Positions 40,576 to 54,478 of a stretch of DNA of 64,000 nt are shown in pieces. Each line of letters starts with the position of its first letter. Positions within the stretch are counted from its first letter, which is position 1. The notes beneath the pieces were generated by a model. It was not told where the DNA came from. It saw nothing but the letters and a program-made list of their open reading frames with translations, and did no database searches. The position numbers and the translations under genes were made by a program. This stretch comes from Eledone cirrhosa (taxonomy: Eukaryota). Location of the stretch: assembly GCA_964016885.1 (NCBI GenBank), contig OZ024750.1, positions 32,364,001 through 32,428,000 on the forward strand, written 5' to 3'.

Positions 40576-43408
40576 AGATTGAATATAGAGAATATATTGT
40601 GAACAATAATTGTTATAGTTAAACTATCTACATCAGTTGTTAGCTGCTGGGACACTGCAGCCTTCAAAACTTCCATGCTTCTCGGAATTCGCCAACACTA
40701 GACCTGATATCCCCCTCCATACACATGCAACCATATGTGTGTGTGTGTATGTGTGTGTGTATCATGACTCATACACTGTTCACTTTCCTGACTTGTACAT
40801 TATTCTATGTATTATACATGCACCTTTGATGATTTGTAGTGTACATGAGCACTGTACACGAAAAACTAAAATACGATTAACTTGCGTTTAGAATGATGGT
40901 GATGTTGGTTAGGTTTGTATAAATTTCAATTGCTTAGATTATATGCATTTTACCATTCTAAAATGTTTTTGATTTATAAAAGATGTTTAAACCATTCTAG
41001 TTATGTTTAGATATACACTTTTGAATAACTGCAGTCGTTAACTACATTCATTGCAGCATGTTATATATGAGATTTTCCATCTATTAGAATTATCTGGCAA
41101 AACACATTAGAGGAGAAAAGTTTTTAAAGTAATCACCATCCCTATATGATATCACGAACATTTGAAATAACAGGAAAACAACCTTAATTGAACTGGATGA
41201 TAATATGAGGAATCTACGTCTGACAATGTGATCAACATTGATGTAAAAGGTCAAAGGCTACTTGACTATTCTGAAAATTTCCATAAGCTATCGAAGCGAA
41301 TCAACATTTCCCTCCGTATGGCATTATTGATTGCTTATATCAGACATTCGAGCGCTAATTCTATCGAAAGCACTTCCCACGCAGCTAACAACTTACAATC
41401 GATATTACCATTATAATAATAACATTGCTTGCTTTTAAAACTATGGAAGAATTACTGAATATTGTAAACGAATTCTTCTCTCGAATTACTTTCTCCTGTT
41501 TATACTAAGTGTTATTTATTACTGACATCAAGTTAGTTGATTAAACCACCGCTGGAGCAACGATGCTGGCGCCGGACCTGCAAAAAAAAGAGCAACTATA
41601 TCGCCCTCAAATCACACCTTACCGGCGCAAAACACTGAACGACGCATTTGACTATATATACCTCAATACATATGTCTGAAACACAAAGCTAGGATGACTG
41701 CGCATGGAACTCCCGTGATCGTAGGTTTGCTCTAACAAAATTGATATGGAGCTAAACAACCCTCGCCCTCCCCAAATTTGTATAAATGGTGACGTAACAA
41801 CAACATCGAAAAAAAAAAAACATTGCATAACACAACTAGAAAAATATAATTATCGTACGACTAGATTGTCCAATATGGTTTAATATATGCATTAGCCAAA
41901 CGAAATTATTTTCCATTCCTCCCATTTCTCCCTTAGTTGCCTTTTTACTTCACTATACTATCACAATCATGTTTCCGATTACGTCTGTTTTTGCATTAAT
42001 ATTTGTGACTTAATTTTACCTTTCAATTGCAATGGTTCACTTGTTCTTCCCAACTCTATTCCTGTCTCTTTGTATTATTTCTAGTATGGTTTTTATTTAT
42101 CTAATTTTATCTGCTTTCTCTATTTCAAACCTTTGCTCTTTACTTTTTTATTTATTAGTTTCTCTTCTTTCTTCTTGCATCCGAAAAGGAAATTAGCTTC
42201 CATTTCTATAATTAAAATGCTTCTTTCAAATTATAGTTTTCGGGAATTGATCGATCATTATAATTGTACTAAAACTAAATGGATGAAATTACCTTTGAAA
42301 AATAAAGACTAGTAGAACAGCATCACTTTTCATTTACGCAGAATTCTAAAAACCCATCCATAAAACAAAATGGTAATATAAAGCAACATTTTGCTACTGT
42401 TAACAAGTACATCTAGCTTTGAACTATAAATATCTTTTATAATAAAACAATTTTACATTATCTTTTTTAAGTACTTTGCGAATGTATTGACGAGTCGATA
42501 TCATTTCAGCTGCCCAAACAGATCTAACTGATGATCAATAGAATAAACCTATTAGTATAATAAAGTCTAAAACTCACAAAGTTGTCTATGAAACAATATC
42601 TCCTATCCGCAGTAATGTGTATAGAGAATAGTTGTTGTTCTTGGTGATACTTAGATAAAAATGATTTCTTTTCAGTATTAAAAGCAAATAGGACTTGCCG
42701 TGGAACATGGTAAACAGAGATGACAACACATTTTACTTCTAGGTTAAAGCTATTTCACTTTCATCACAAGATATTATTGACTTTAGAAGCAGCATAAATA
42801 TCGAAAGATTGATGTTGTTGGCTTACTCAAACTTTTAGAATGTTGCGCTTTGTGAAAAAAAAAAGACTACTAAGAACAAATAGTTAAATGAAAAGTTACT
42901 GATGACATAAATATATGTAAATAGTAAGAATTATGTACGTTATATTTCACACTACAACAGAGCAATAAAGATATAGACTACAAACTAAACAACAGTGTAT
43001 CTCAGGTGGGAACAGGAACATATGTAAACGCTTAAATATACAGCACCTAAAATAATATGGTTACACTCCTTTCAGGTATAAAGAATCATAAACTACAATA
43101 TTGAATGAAATATCCAACCAAGGTAAATAAAGATAATCATAAATTTATTGTTGTGCGTGTGTGTGTGGGGGGGGGGGTACGTGTGTGTGTGCGTGTGCGT
43201 GGTCGGACCTCGTGCTGTGGGTTATGATGATGATAAGAAGGGTGTCGAAGACGTCGACACTATTCTCAAGATGATGATCGATATGACAGTGTTATTATGA
43301 ATGATGAGGCAAATATTTAGAGTGAAAAAAACGAATGAGTTATATGAAATTAGTTTCAATATATTTTTACTGTGGAGATTTCGGTTGAAATATGTTGCAC
43401 ATCTTTAA

Positions 43409-43543
43409 CAATAGTAGCTTTATTAATAGCAATGGTAGCTTTCGTAATGTCAATGGTAGCTTTAGTAATAGCAATGGTAGCTTTAGTAATGGCAATGGTA
43501 GCTTTCGTAATGACAATGGTAGCTTTAGTAATAACAATGGTAG
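43409..43543. repeat. 21-bp tandem repeat, about 6.4 units
   Basis: CAATGGTAGCTTT(A/C)GTAATNN. Confidence 0.9.
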
Positions 43544-43714
43544 ATGGAATATATTCTGTCACTATACTTGCGGTCCTCAAAGTGTTGAACAAACAGGTGA
43601 CGATCGGACATCTGAGCAGCTCAGCTTCAAATCGGGCCGTTTCTTTACAAACGAATCGAACATTATCATTAATGTGCGATATAACCCATACGTACATATT
43701 TATATGTGTGTGTG

Positions 43715-43745
<31 letters not shown>

Positions 43746-43807
43746 TTATATATGTGTGTGTATATATATATATATGAGAGCGTATGTGTCACACACACAT
43801 ATATATA

Positions 43808-43936
43808 TAACAAGGAAAGTGTGGTAAGATACCAGGTGGACCATAACGCATCAGAGTGTTCGATAGTTAGGGTAGTAGGAAAAGAGTCAAGACGCCGACG
43901 GGGTCCTGACCCTGACCCTCTTTCTTTCTCTCTCTT

Positions 43937-44032
<96 letters not shown>

Positions 44033-44121
44033 ATATATATTATATATATACGTTTCCCACTCTACTACCTTAAGTATTGAGTGCGTTATGGTCCATCTGG
44101 TTCCTTACCACAATTCCTTTG

Positions 44122-44124
<3 letters not shown>
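43808..44124. mobile_element. Two opposed, diverged ends of the 19961/48436 family around (CT)n(TA)n
   Basis: TGTGGTAAG..ACCAGGTGGACCATAACGCA and its reverse complement. Confidence 0.75.
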
Positions 44125-44180
<56 letters not shown>

Positions 44181-44279
44181 TATAATGTGTATGTGTGTAT
44201 GGGTATGTGTATATATATGTTTATATATATATGTGTGTGTGTGTATAGGTATATATGTGTGTAGGAGACACGGTGAAAA

Positions 44280-44475
44280 GTCTCCCAGTCCACACTGCAA
44301 ATGTGGTTGGTGTTACGAAAGGCATCCAGCTGTAAAAAGAAAACCTGCCAGAGAGGCTTCCGTGCGAGCGAAACATGGTCTCCAGACCATTGCCACATCA
44401 AATGGAACAAAACAGTCTAACCCATGCTAGTGTGGAAGATGGACGTTAAACGATGATGATGATGATGATGATGAT
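44280..44475 (+). mobile_element. SINE 3' part with (GAT)n tail
   Basis: GGCATCCAGCTGTA..AACCCATGCTAG..GGACGTTAAACGATGATG. Confidence 0.7.
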
Positions 44476-44491
44476 ATACACATATATTCTT

Positions 44492-45110
44492 TTTTATTAG
44501 ACAGCAATAACCTGACATCCTCAGACAGATGCCAGCTTACAATAGTGGATTATGTTGTGTGAGGTCTACACTCTCATCTGGGTGGAGATCCGAGCACTCA
44601 CTCGGTATATGTTCTGCAGTCTGCTCTAGTGAGCTTCACTGGCAAGTTGCAGATGGCTACACTCTCCATTGGTGCATGGCTGTATTGAATCGGTCGATTG
44701 TGCGTAGCCGATTGTGCACCAACTCTTTCCGACATAGGTTATCACCTGGTCGCAGAGCTGTATTGGGGTTGACATTTGGTTGGGCCGGTCGAGACGTCTA
44801 TTGCCAGCTAGCTCTTCACGCCTGGAGTAAGTTGAAAATTTGTGTTTCTTGGCTTTGTTACGTGACGAGAGAAACAGCGGCGTGAGATCAATCGATGTTG
44901 CTCTTGTAGCTAGGAATCTTCAAACATGTCATGGAGGAAATGACTATTGTCTATTTAGGCCTTGGTTACCAGCCTGTGTGTGTCTGATGCTCTCAACAAT
45001 GGGGTGCAGGAGCAATGCATGAGACCACATGTAGATCATCAGCTGGTGTTAGACGGAAACATCTAGTGATGAGCCATAAGGTGTTGACCAGGGCTGTATC
45101 TAGCTTCTTA
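44492..45110 (-). mobile_element. Degenerate Vingi/Ingi-like LINE 3' region
   Basis: LDTALVNTLWLITRCFRLTP..CIAP, NRLRT and EQTAEHI..EC motifs, with stops. Confidence 0.6.
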
Positions 45111-45518
45111 GTATGTTTATTCATTCTAATTAGATAAGAACCTCAGACAATTTATATGTTGTGACAAATATATTTATCATTTATAATCTACTCTTACTTA
45201 ATGAGTTTATTTTAATAGTCACCGATTAATCAATTCAAAAAAATTTATAGAATTGTCTCATTTACTTAATTTTTTGTTAACGATTTAGTAAGATGAATTT
45301 CTTATCGGTATCGATTTCAAATAAAAGTTAAATGATAGTCTGTTCTCAGTATATTCATTTTCTGGTATAACCATCGTTTTTGTGCTAGAAGCTAGTCAGA
45401 TTTAGAAAAAGAAGTTTATGTTACGTTGCAAAACACCCATATACACTGCTGACAAACACTGATCGCTTAATCTATTATACATATCAGAGAAATCTACCAC
45501 AAAACCTACATCCTACTC

Positions 45519-45810
45519 TCTTCTTCTTCTTCTTCTTCTTCTTCTTCTTCTTCTTCTTCTTCTTCTTCTTCTTCTTCTTCTTCTTCTTCTTCGCCAACAT
45601 ATTTCTGAGAAGGTCGTGCGGGTAGAGTCCTCAAACACTCCTTCCAGCAAGTCCTGTCAGAAGCAACCATCTCCAACTGATTCGGCTGCATCCCCAAGCA
45701 AACCAGCCAAGCTCATGGGGATATTATCTAACCATATTACTCGAAGTCTACCCCTGTTTCTTTTGCCTGTTGGTTTTGCCCGTAAAATCTGCGCGGCAAT
45801 TCTTTCCTAA
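45519..45810 (-). mobile_element. RTE-clade (Expander-like) LINE 3' end with (GAA)n tail
   Basis: PTGKRNRGRLRVIWLDNI...QLEMVASDRTCWKECLRTLPARP. Confidence 0.8.
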
Positions 45811-47573
45811 CGTAGCTAGAATGTCTCAGCTAAGTCTGGAAGAAAACAAAAAGAGTGGCTACAGCTACTTTACTTTTGACCATGTATATTCACGATCAGG
45901 GATGACCTGACATCAACACAATGTAAAGTTATCTAAATTTCTCCAGAGATAGTGTATATTACTTTAATTTAACTGTGGTATCAGATAAGGTCGTGTATGA
46001 CTTTAGTACAGTTTTGATAACTGTCAAACTCCATAGAGATTTGGTTTTCCTTAAAAATATAATTTCAATAAAAACAATTTAAACAACATCGCCATGAATT
46101 CATTTCATGACTGCGCCATTCTTGAGAAAATATTGAAAGTGATTGAACAAAATTAACTTCATTGATCATATAATGTTTTTCTTTCTTATTTTATTTTACA
46201 TTGCATGGAGTTAACGATAACATTGATTACAGCTTTCCGACTAGTCAATCACTGGTTCACTGCATTTTCTTCTAACATTTCTGACAAGAAATTGTCTGTA
46301 CAACTGAAGCGGAGCAAATATTACACTCTCACCATTACAAAATGTTTTCAGTATTTTTTTTCTTAGTTTTTTTTTTTATATATATCTTAATGTGTTTTTT
46401 TTTGTTTTGTTATTTTTTTATTTATTTATTGGCATTTTTTTTGCTGGTGATGATGTCGGTAGTATCGGTTTCTGATGCTGTCGTTTTTTGACATTTCAGT
46501 CTTTTTCGATTATGTTTTTTCGGGCTACTGTTGTGGTTTAGTTTAAACACGTTGATACTGCGGCTGCATTTGAACATCAAATGATTAATCGGGAGCAAAT
46601 AAGTCTCACCATCTCGAATAATGGTGAATTAAATAAACCACTAGCTTTTATATAGATATCAAATGGAAGCCAAAACTATATATTTTTTATATTTCCAATC
46701 ATCATTAACTGTTATTTTGTTATTTTATTCTTTCCATTATTTCACTTGCATTATATTGCAGTAGTCAGAAAGCAAAGTAATTAAAAAAAGCTATAAGAGA
46801 TATGTCCGAAGGGTAGGAAACTAATGAGTAAACGTGTAGAAAAAAAAATCATACAATCAAACGAGTTATTAGAAAAAAATACGATATAATGAAAAAGCTA
46901 TGATTGAAATTAAAAGATAACATATAAACTAGAGATGGTATTAGGAGCTGAAACGGAAAATCTGAACAAAGGCGAGTATAATTTGGGAAAAGAAATATTC
47001 TGACGTTGATGGGAAAATTTACCGGGAAAATAAACGAAAAAAGAAAATTAAGACCGAAGCAAAGAATGTGTTCAGTGACCTGAAAGTGTAACGTTGATTG
47101 ATATTTTGTCCTTTTATTTTTCTTTTAATTTCGTAACCGGTGAAATGCTATATTGTTTTTTTATATTTCATCTTTGATTGCTATGTTCTTTCGTAGAACA
47201 TGCTATTATTTCTCTTTCTTCTCTACATTTAGTGTCTGTGTATGTGTGTATGTGTGTATGTGTGTATACGAGAGTCGTTATATATGGGAATGGATGTGTA
47301 GACGTGTGGGTATGAGTGTACATGTGTACAAAGGTATGTATGTTTGTGTGTGTGTGTGTGTGTGTATACGTGAGTGGTTATATATGGGGATGGGTATGTA
47401 GACGTGAGTGTGTCTGAGTGAGTATACATGTGTATGAATGTATGTTTGTCTGTGTGAGTATATATCTATGTATATATATATATATTTATGTGTGTGTGAG
47501 AGAGTGAGAATGATTATATTTGGGGATGAATGTGTAAACGTTTGTGTATGAATGTGTATACATGTGTGTGTGA

Positions 47574-47622
<49 letters not shown>

Positions 47623-48392
47623 TGTATGTGCCTGCGTGCATGAGAGTGTTATTGTATTTTGGGATTAATGTGTAGACGTGTGTGAATGTATATACATGTG
47701 CATCTGTGTATGCGTGCATGTATGCATGTGTGTATGCGTGTGTGTGAATGTGTGTGTGTACATATCATTCATCTATAAACTAATGATCAAATACTTTGCA
47801 ATATGCTCTCTAGAGCATAACATTGCAACACACTGTACTGCATGATATTACGTTTGAGAAAATAAGATTTGTTCTTTATGATATTGTGTTTCGTTGCCAC
47901 ATCTATTCACAGAGCAGACATTTTGATTTTCTTATTCTCTGTTTTATTTGTTGCCTATTTTACTTGCATATATTTTCTCTCCTTTACATATGAATATAGA
48001 GAATTTTTTGTAGCGTATATTATACAATATTTCCTTTCGGCATATAATACATATAATAATACAAAGCAATATTCATATAAATCGAAACCTAGTAAATTTC
48101 CATTTCTGGAAAACCAGTACTGGAAGAAAGAATTTCAAAAACTACTGAATTGTTACATTATATATTTGTAAAGTATGGTGAACATAGTTTTAGATATTTG
48201 CCTTAAATATTTAACGCCATTTTGTTATTCATAATCTTTAAAGTGCAGATTGTCTGAGTGGTCTTTGTATTCATACATAATGCGCTTTTCAGTTTTATGA
48301 CATCTCTCAAGTTATAATATTTAGACCACAATGCTGAATTCATAGTAGTTGTAAACTGTAACACAGAATCAATTAACACACATACACACGCG

Positions 48393-48435
<43 letters not shown>

Positions 48436-48437
<2 letters not shown>

Positions 48438-48640
48438 CGAAGGAAATGTGGTAAGGAACCAGGTGGACCATAACGCACCAAAGTACTCAATACTTAGGGT
48501 AGTAGAGTGGGTAAATAGGAACGAGTAGGACCCCGACGGCTGATCTCAAGCCGTTTCGACGGCTAATTCTGGACTTTTTAGTCCAGAATTAGCCGTCGAA
48601 ACGGCTTGAGCTCAACCGTCGGGGTCCTACTCGTTCCTAT
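48436..48640. mobile_element. Second copy of the hairpin-ended (TA)n-embedded element
   Basis: near-identical to 19961-20158; hairpin 48515-48640 with a TTTT loop. Confidence 0.85.
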
Positions 48641-48654
48641 ATATATATATATAT

Positions 48655-48700
<46 letters not shown>

Positions 48701-49620
48701 GAAACACGAGACAGTAGTACATATTAATTTATAGCTATGACCTTCGTTCTATTCTCTCTATCTCGCTTGTTGTTATTCCGGTTTTGGACTTACGTCTTAC
48801 CATTTTCATTGACTTTTTTCCTTCCTCCTTTCTTCCGCTTTCTTTCTCCCTTTTTCTCTCTCTCCACCACTCACTTATCCTCTTTCTCTCCCACTATCTC
48901 TCGCCTTTCTCCCCTTTTCACTATACTCCCTTACCCACCCACCCCTCTCACTTCCGTTTTCCTTCGTCTCTCTCTCTTAAAGCTAGTTCTAGCTAAGATC
49001 AGGCGTGTTTCTCTTCGCTCTCTCCCATGCTGTTAATAAGGTCGCAGGGCTTACACCCAGTCTCCCTTTTAGCTTTTTCCTCTCTCCCATCTGTTATTCC
49101 CACTTACATGTACTACCGTCTCGTGTGTTCCCCTCTCTATCGGTATGTTTTACCGTTTTTTTCTTCTATCATTCTCTTCTCTATCGTCTCTGTTGTTTTT
49201 TTTTTGCTGTTTCCTTCCCTAGTACCTACCTCTAGTTATTAACGCATTGTGGATAGGTGTATTGTCTTTAATGCACCGAAACATCAGCAAATCACAGCAG
49301 ACAAATGAAGAGGCGAATTGTCTTATTTATGTTTGTGTTTCTCTTACATTTCTAAACAATATATATGGCTTCTACAGGACTATAAATATTTCATTCGAAG
49401 AAAATCATCAGGAAAGTGGTTACCTCCGCTTCGACCCAGCACACATACATACATACATACATATAATATTTATAATAATAGTATTTATACTTATATATAA
49501 TCTATATGCAATTATAAATACGAAAGGGTAAAATAGTGTATTACCCAAATACAAGTAAGAGAATTAACTCAATATAAATCATTAGATTATTATAGAACAG
49601 AAATACATAATATAAAACAA

Positions 49621-49837
49621 TCAAAGTTTTGTTTAATGCATTTAATTGCTGACGATCGTTTCTTCCAAACGATTGTATGGATTCGTCGAAGCATAAACAA
49701 TGTTTAAAAAAGTAATTACATTGTTTAAACTTGTTTAATTACTTGTTTAAACATTGTCTACTCTCCGATGATTCTAGACAGTCGTCTGTCTGGAAGAAAC
49801 GATCCTCAGCAATTAAACGCTTTAAACAAAAATTTGA
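49621..49837. mobile_element. Old fold-back with a decayed hammerhead in each arm
   Basis: plus 49765: CCGATGA ttctagacag tcgt ctgtctggaa GAAAC gatc CTC; minus 49647-49693: tgct TCGACGA...GAAAC gatc GTC agca. Confidence 0.6.
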
Positions 49838-49953
49838 GTCTTTTATATTCTGTGTATATATATATTTTTTTATATTCTGTATATATAATATTAATAATAT
49901 TAAACGAGAGGTGTAAGTCAACAGATTCAAATTAACTTCGTTTATTCATATTC

Positions 49954-50012
49954 GCTGTTGTATATATTTTGGTGATAACCACTATGCAATAGCTATGACC
50001 TCATCAGACAGC
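49954..50012 (-). ncRNA. Decayed hammerhead (G12A)
   Basis: gctgt CTGATGA ggtcatagctat...gtggttatcacc AAAA tatataca acagc. Confidence 0.55.
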
Positions 50013-50679
50013 TAGAATTTTAAGAGAAAAAACATAAAAACATAACGATGGAATAAAGTTTACCTCTGTTATTTTGATTTTTGTTATATGATCAGTGCTG
50101 AAGTATGGTGTTGTTTTCTCAAATAACTGGTGGCATATAATTTAGAATGAATGAATTCAAGCATCAGTAGAATCTACCTCCTTCCCTTAGGTCAGATTTA
50201 GCCTCACCATTCCAATACCAAGTCTATTGAATTTCTTAGGTCAGTTGTCCTGGAATTAGGTCAGTCGGTTAGGGTTGTTTTTAGCAACCATCTATAATAA
50301 CTGTATATAAGCAGAATATAGGGGTGTTTTAGTAGTGTTAATATGCTACTACCACTCCTCAGGTTGAGAGGAGTGGTAGTATTGGAGTTGTTGGTAAAAG
50401 ATTCCCATTTGTAAACATATGTAAATAAATATGGGCTCATTTGGGAATGTGTATACTTATCTATATTAAGTGCCCTGATAAGAAAAAGGTGTTAAAATTA
50501 TAATACATATTCACACATAAAATACGTAAGAAGAAGAAGATTTGTGGTAGATGTTTGTGGTATTTATAATAGGTTAGGCGATCACATAGATCGTTTGTCA
50601 GCAGTGTATATGGGTGACCAACATATGAACGTAAGACTTTTTGTATGACATGTATTACTGTATACCTGCCATTACTCTC

Positions 50680-50804
50680 GTTCCGACAAGCTTTTGATTC
50701 CAGAGTCGGGCTAGATCGATACAGATCTAACCTTGAGCTGACCAGTAGCGAAACGCGCGACACCAACCAATAAACGTAATGAAGGAGTAACCATTCGTCC
50801 TTGT
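50680..50804 (+). mobile_element. Decayed hammerhead-bearing element end (family of 17877-18003), ending in (TA)n
   Basis: CCGACAA gct...agtagc GAAAC gcgc GAC; shared GATCGATACAGATC and GAAGGAGTAACCA. Confidence 0.7.
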
Positions 50805-50853
50805 ATTATATATATATATATATATATATAAATCGGGAAAGAAAATTGACATG

Positions 50854-50889
<36 letters not shown>

Positions 50890-50893
<4 letters not shown>

Positions 50894-51262
50894 CGGGAAA
50901 GAAGATTGACATGATTTGCTATACAAAAAAGGTTTTTAATCTCATTGCTGACAATTGTTTCTCTGAACTGGTAGGTCTAGAGATCGCTATTCGCTTGTTT
51001 TCACGTTACTGGATCGCCAATACAAAGTTATAACCAGTCAGTTCTTCGGAGCATGCGAGAATGAAGAGAATATACAGGCATGAAAGGAATATACAGGCTA
51101 CTATCATATAGTAGCCTGTATAATTTTGTATTGGCGATCGAGTAACGTGAAAACAACCGAATAGCGATCTCTAGACCTACCAGTTCAGAGAAACAATTGT
51201 CAGCAATGAGATTAAAAACCTTTTTTGTATAGCAAACCATGTCAATCTTCTTTACTGATTTA
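50890..51262. mobile_element. Fold-back element with ~143-bp arms and a CCGAAGA-core hammerhead on the minus strand (50941-51059)
   Basis: arms 50890-51032 and 51119-51262; ctcgcatgct CCGAAGA actgactggt...accagttcaga GAAAC aatt GTC agcaatgag. Confidence 0.75.
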
Positions 51263-51561
51263 TTATTACTCCAAGTGTTTACAACATAGGAATTACAGCA
51301 TACCCGCAGCATCACTATGAAAACGCCTTGTTGAGTCAAACCAAGCCAAGCGTTGATATCATCCACTACCCGGAATACCATAACTGGACTACACCTAAGT
51401 GGACTGCATAAACTATTATTTGTTACCCCGTATATATATATATATATATATATATATTAATCACTGCTACCTAGTGACACAATAGATGAAAGTCAGACTG
51501 GTATTTGTGAAGTTTGGGCTCCTATTGAACTGGGCGAGTGTGTATGCAAATGCATATGTGC

Positions 51562-51620
<59 letters not shown>

Positions 51621-51678
51621 TGTCTGTGTGCAGGGCATGGCAAATTAGGCTTCTGTAAAATATTATTTAAACAAAATT

Positions 51679-51845
51679 GGCAGTATCGGTAGAGGGTCGG
51701 ACGCCATGCCTTGAGTTACGGCCCCTGCCATTCTGAGTTCAAATCCCGCCGAGGTTAACTTTGCCTTTCATCCTCACGCGGTCGATAAAATAAAGTACCA
51801 GTAATGCACTGGATAATTGCTAGCCTTGTGCCAAAAGTAGAAACA
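51679..51845 (+). mobile_element. SINE family A with 17-bp target site duplication
   Basis: ATTATTTAAACAAAATT at 51662-51678 and 51846-51862. Confidence 0.9.
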
Positions 51846-54002
51846 ATTATTTAAACAAAATTCACACTTACCTTCTTATTACACAAGTACAATTATAATT
51901 ACACTACATAAATATACATGCTTTATTGATTTCTATTGTTACTACGGTTTTTAGAGGTTACCTAATTAAAACTAAAATCAAACAGCTGCTTGTGTTTAAT
52001 TCAGTTCGTCATGTTTCATGATTTTTCTTTTTTGTTTCCATTGTGTAGTGTTTTGTATTTGTTTTGTTTTCACTTAAAAACGAAGAAAATATTCCTGAAA
52101 TCACAGACCGTATTTTAATTTATTTTTATAAAAGCTTGCATTAGTCAAATTTTCTATATATCTTATTCACCTTTTAAATCCCTGAAAGAAAAATAAATTT
52201 GACGAATCTAACTAGTGTATATTTTTTTATCAAGTCTTGGTATTTTGTTGGAGCCTGCTGATTTGTTCGATATATATCTTCTTCTTTTCCATTTTTTATT
52301 AATCCATAGTTGTTGACTTCTTCATACCGTGAGAGACTATTAACAGTAAGAGTTGTAGTTCATTTTGATCAGATCTAAAATGGTTTCAAGAGCAAAACAT
52401 TGCCTAACGTATTGTGATTGCAGTTCATTATATTAAACAATTTCTTTACAAAGACATTATATACCTAACTACAATGTAATGCAAAAGGAATATATTATAT
52501 TCTTTCATGTTATGACTACCGTGCGTCATGTTATGAATACCGTTTGAAATGTTTATATCAAAAGCCATACGTCATAAATCGATATTGTACCCAGGGTGCA
52601 AATATGTTATAGATATAAATATTCCTTTAAAAAGTGAGTAACTTGTTTACAGACATACATATACATGCATATACAAATACACATTTATACACACAAAGAT
52701 ATACGCACATGGATAAAATCATGAATAGTTTAACATACACATATGAGAATCCAAACATAGACGCCAGCGTACATACTGAGTACTTCTTGATTAGAGATAA
52801 TAGAAACCTTCATCCAACAAACCAGGCACCCTTTCATAGCTTGAAAATATCTAAGTATTACTTGAATAATGTTGCTATAAAAGGTTGACATGCAACCAGC
52901 ATTTTCGTACTATCCACATTTCTATGACGGCATTTATAATAGAAACAAACGTTATAAAAAAACATTATTCAGTTGATTTACTGGGGGTCACTCACAATCA
53001 TGCTAAGTCAAAGCACACACAGAAACAGTCTTTGTTTCTCTTGTCGTTTTCAACTACGTTTTCAATAACTGCTGCTCCTCTGAACTAGTAATCTGCACAC
53101 TCTCTCCACCCTAGCGCAATCCTAATATTGGTTTCTCTTCTGTTAGTTTCTACTGCAACATTTTTGAAACCTGGACCTCATTATTTTAAAGGGTATCAAC
53201 ATTCTTCTACGCCCAATTCTTCTAAGCAAGAGAGATTTAATACATCAATAACACATGCTTTTTATCTGAAGAACTGAAGATAAAAAACTTTCATAATGAC
53301 AAAAGCAAAACTCTTGGTCATAGTCGTTCCTCTCAGAAGTTTTGCTTAAGTATTTAACTCTTTTTCAGACTTAAATTCAATTATGTCCGTCACATGCTCG
53401 GTCATTGAAGCTATTCTGCAGCTACTATCGGTAAATATGTCGTTATATTCTTATCAAATCGTTCTACGTTGAGGAAAGTTATCATTCAGCTTCTCTGTAA
53501 TTGCTTTAACTTTATATATATTTTCACCTTGCTCACAGGCAGAAGAATTATATAATACATTCTTACCTGAATAAGGTTGTTTTCTCAGGAAAACACATTA
53601 TTACATATACGATCACCAAACGGTATATATACATTAATCAATATAATATCACTAGATCTTTCCTCCTAAAAATGGCTGATTTTCATAATTCCCATTTAGA
53701 TTATCAAAGAACTGATAGTAAGCTGGAGAATAACTGGATCCTTAACAATACTCTACATAATACATTTCTTCCCGTTGGCGAATCATTAATCAATGAATTA
53801 ACTGTTTTGTATTTCCATCTGTTCACATACATATACAAGATCTTCTTTTCGTATCTTCAAAGCATGGGGTTATATGACAGTTCCCATTTCTTTACACAGT
53901 CCTTTGCATTATAATAAATAAATAAATAAATAATAAAGAAATCTCGTTTCTGAATTTGTATAGCAGGATTCTTTATCTGAAAACGTGTGTTGAAACTGAT
54001 AT

Positions 54003-54310
54003 TGTTATACTTTGGGAGGGTCATGTTGCCAATAAGAAACACACGTACCAATTTCTTTCACTCCAATTTATTATAAATTAAATATATAAATTTAAGAAAT
54101 TTAAGAAATTTGTAAATTTCTGGTTGGTTGGTTGGTTCTACAACCGGGCGGTTGTTAATATATTGTCAAAGTTCTTTCGTCACACATTATGTGACCTCTT
54201 CAGTGACTGGGATTCTTTTCTTTGTTTTGTGCCTCTCCTTTGTTCTGTTCTACGCCATCTTGTTTTTGTGTGTGCTGTGTGCTTAGTTTGCGCATGTGTT
54301 ACATCCGGGT
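54003..54310 (-). mobile_element. Dispersed repeat (family of 13426-14000) with a hammerhead-like motif at 54165-54207
   Basis: gtca CTGAAGA g gtcacat aat gtgtgac GAAAG aa CTT tgac on the minus strand. Confidence 0.65.
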
Positions 54311-54312
54311 GT

Positions 54313-54478
54313 CATTATTATTAAATTCTGCGAGATCTTTTAAGCTACACTGGTTGGGTAGTAGAGGGCAAACAAGGCAGTGCTGCATCGTATGGTCCTC
54401 CTCTCCGCATTCGCAGATGGTTGGGCCGGTGTTGTAGCCCCATCTGGCCATAGCAGCTTTTGATCGCCCCATTCCATA
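54313..54478 (-). mobile_element. Vingi/Ingi-like LINE 3' end with C-terminal Cys/His finger and (TAA)n tail
   Basis: GMGRSKAAMARWGY...CECGEEDHTMQHCLVCP. Confidence 0.75.

Noticed and set aside
53369-53430. Possible small exon (TTTTTCAG...G/GTAAAT)
   Set aside because: Splice-like signals only; peptide unrecognisable and no linked exons
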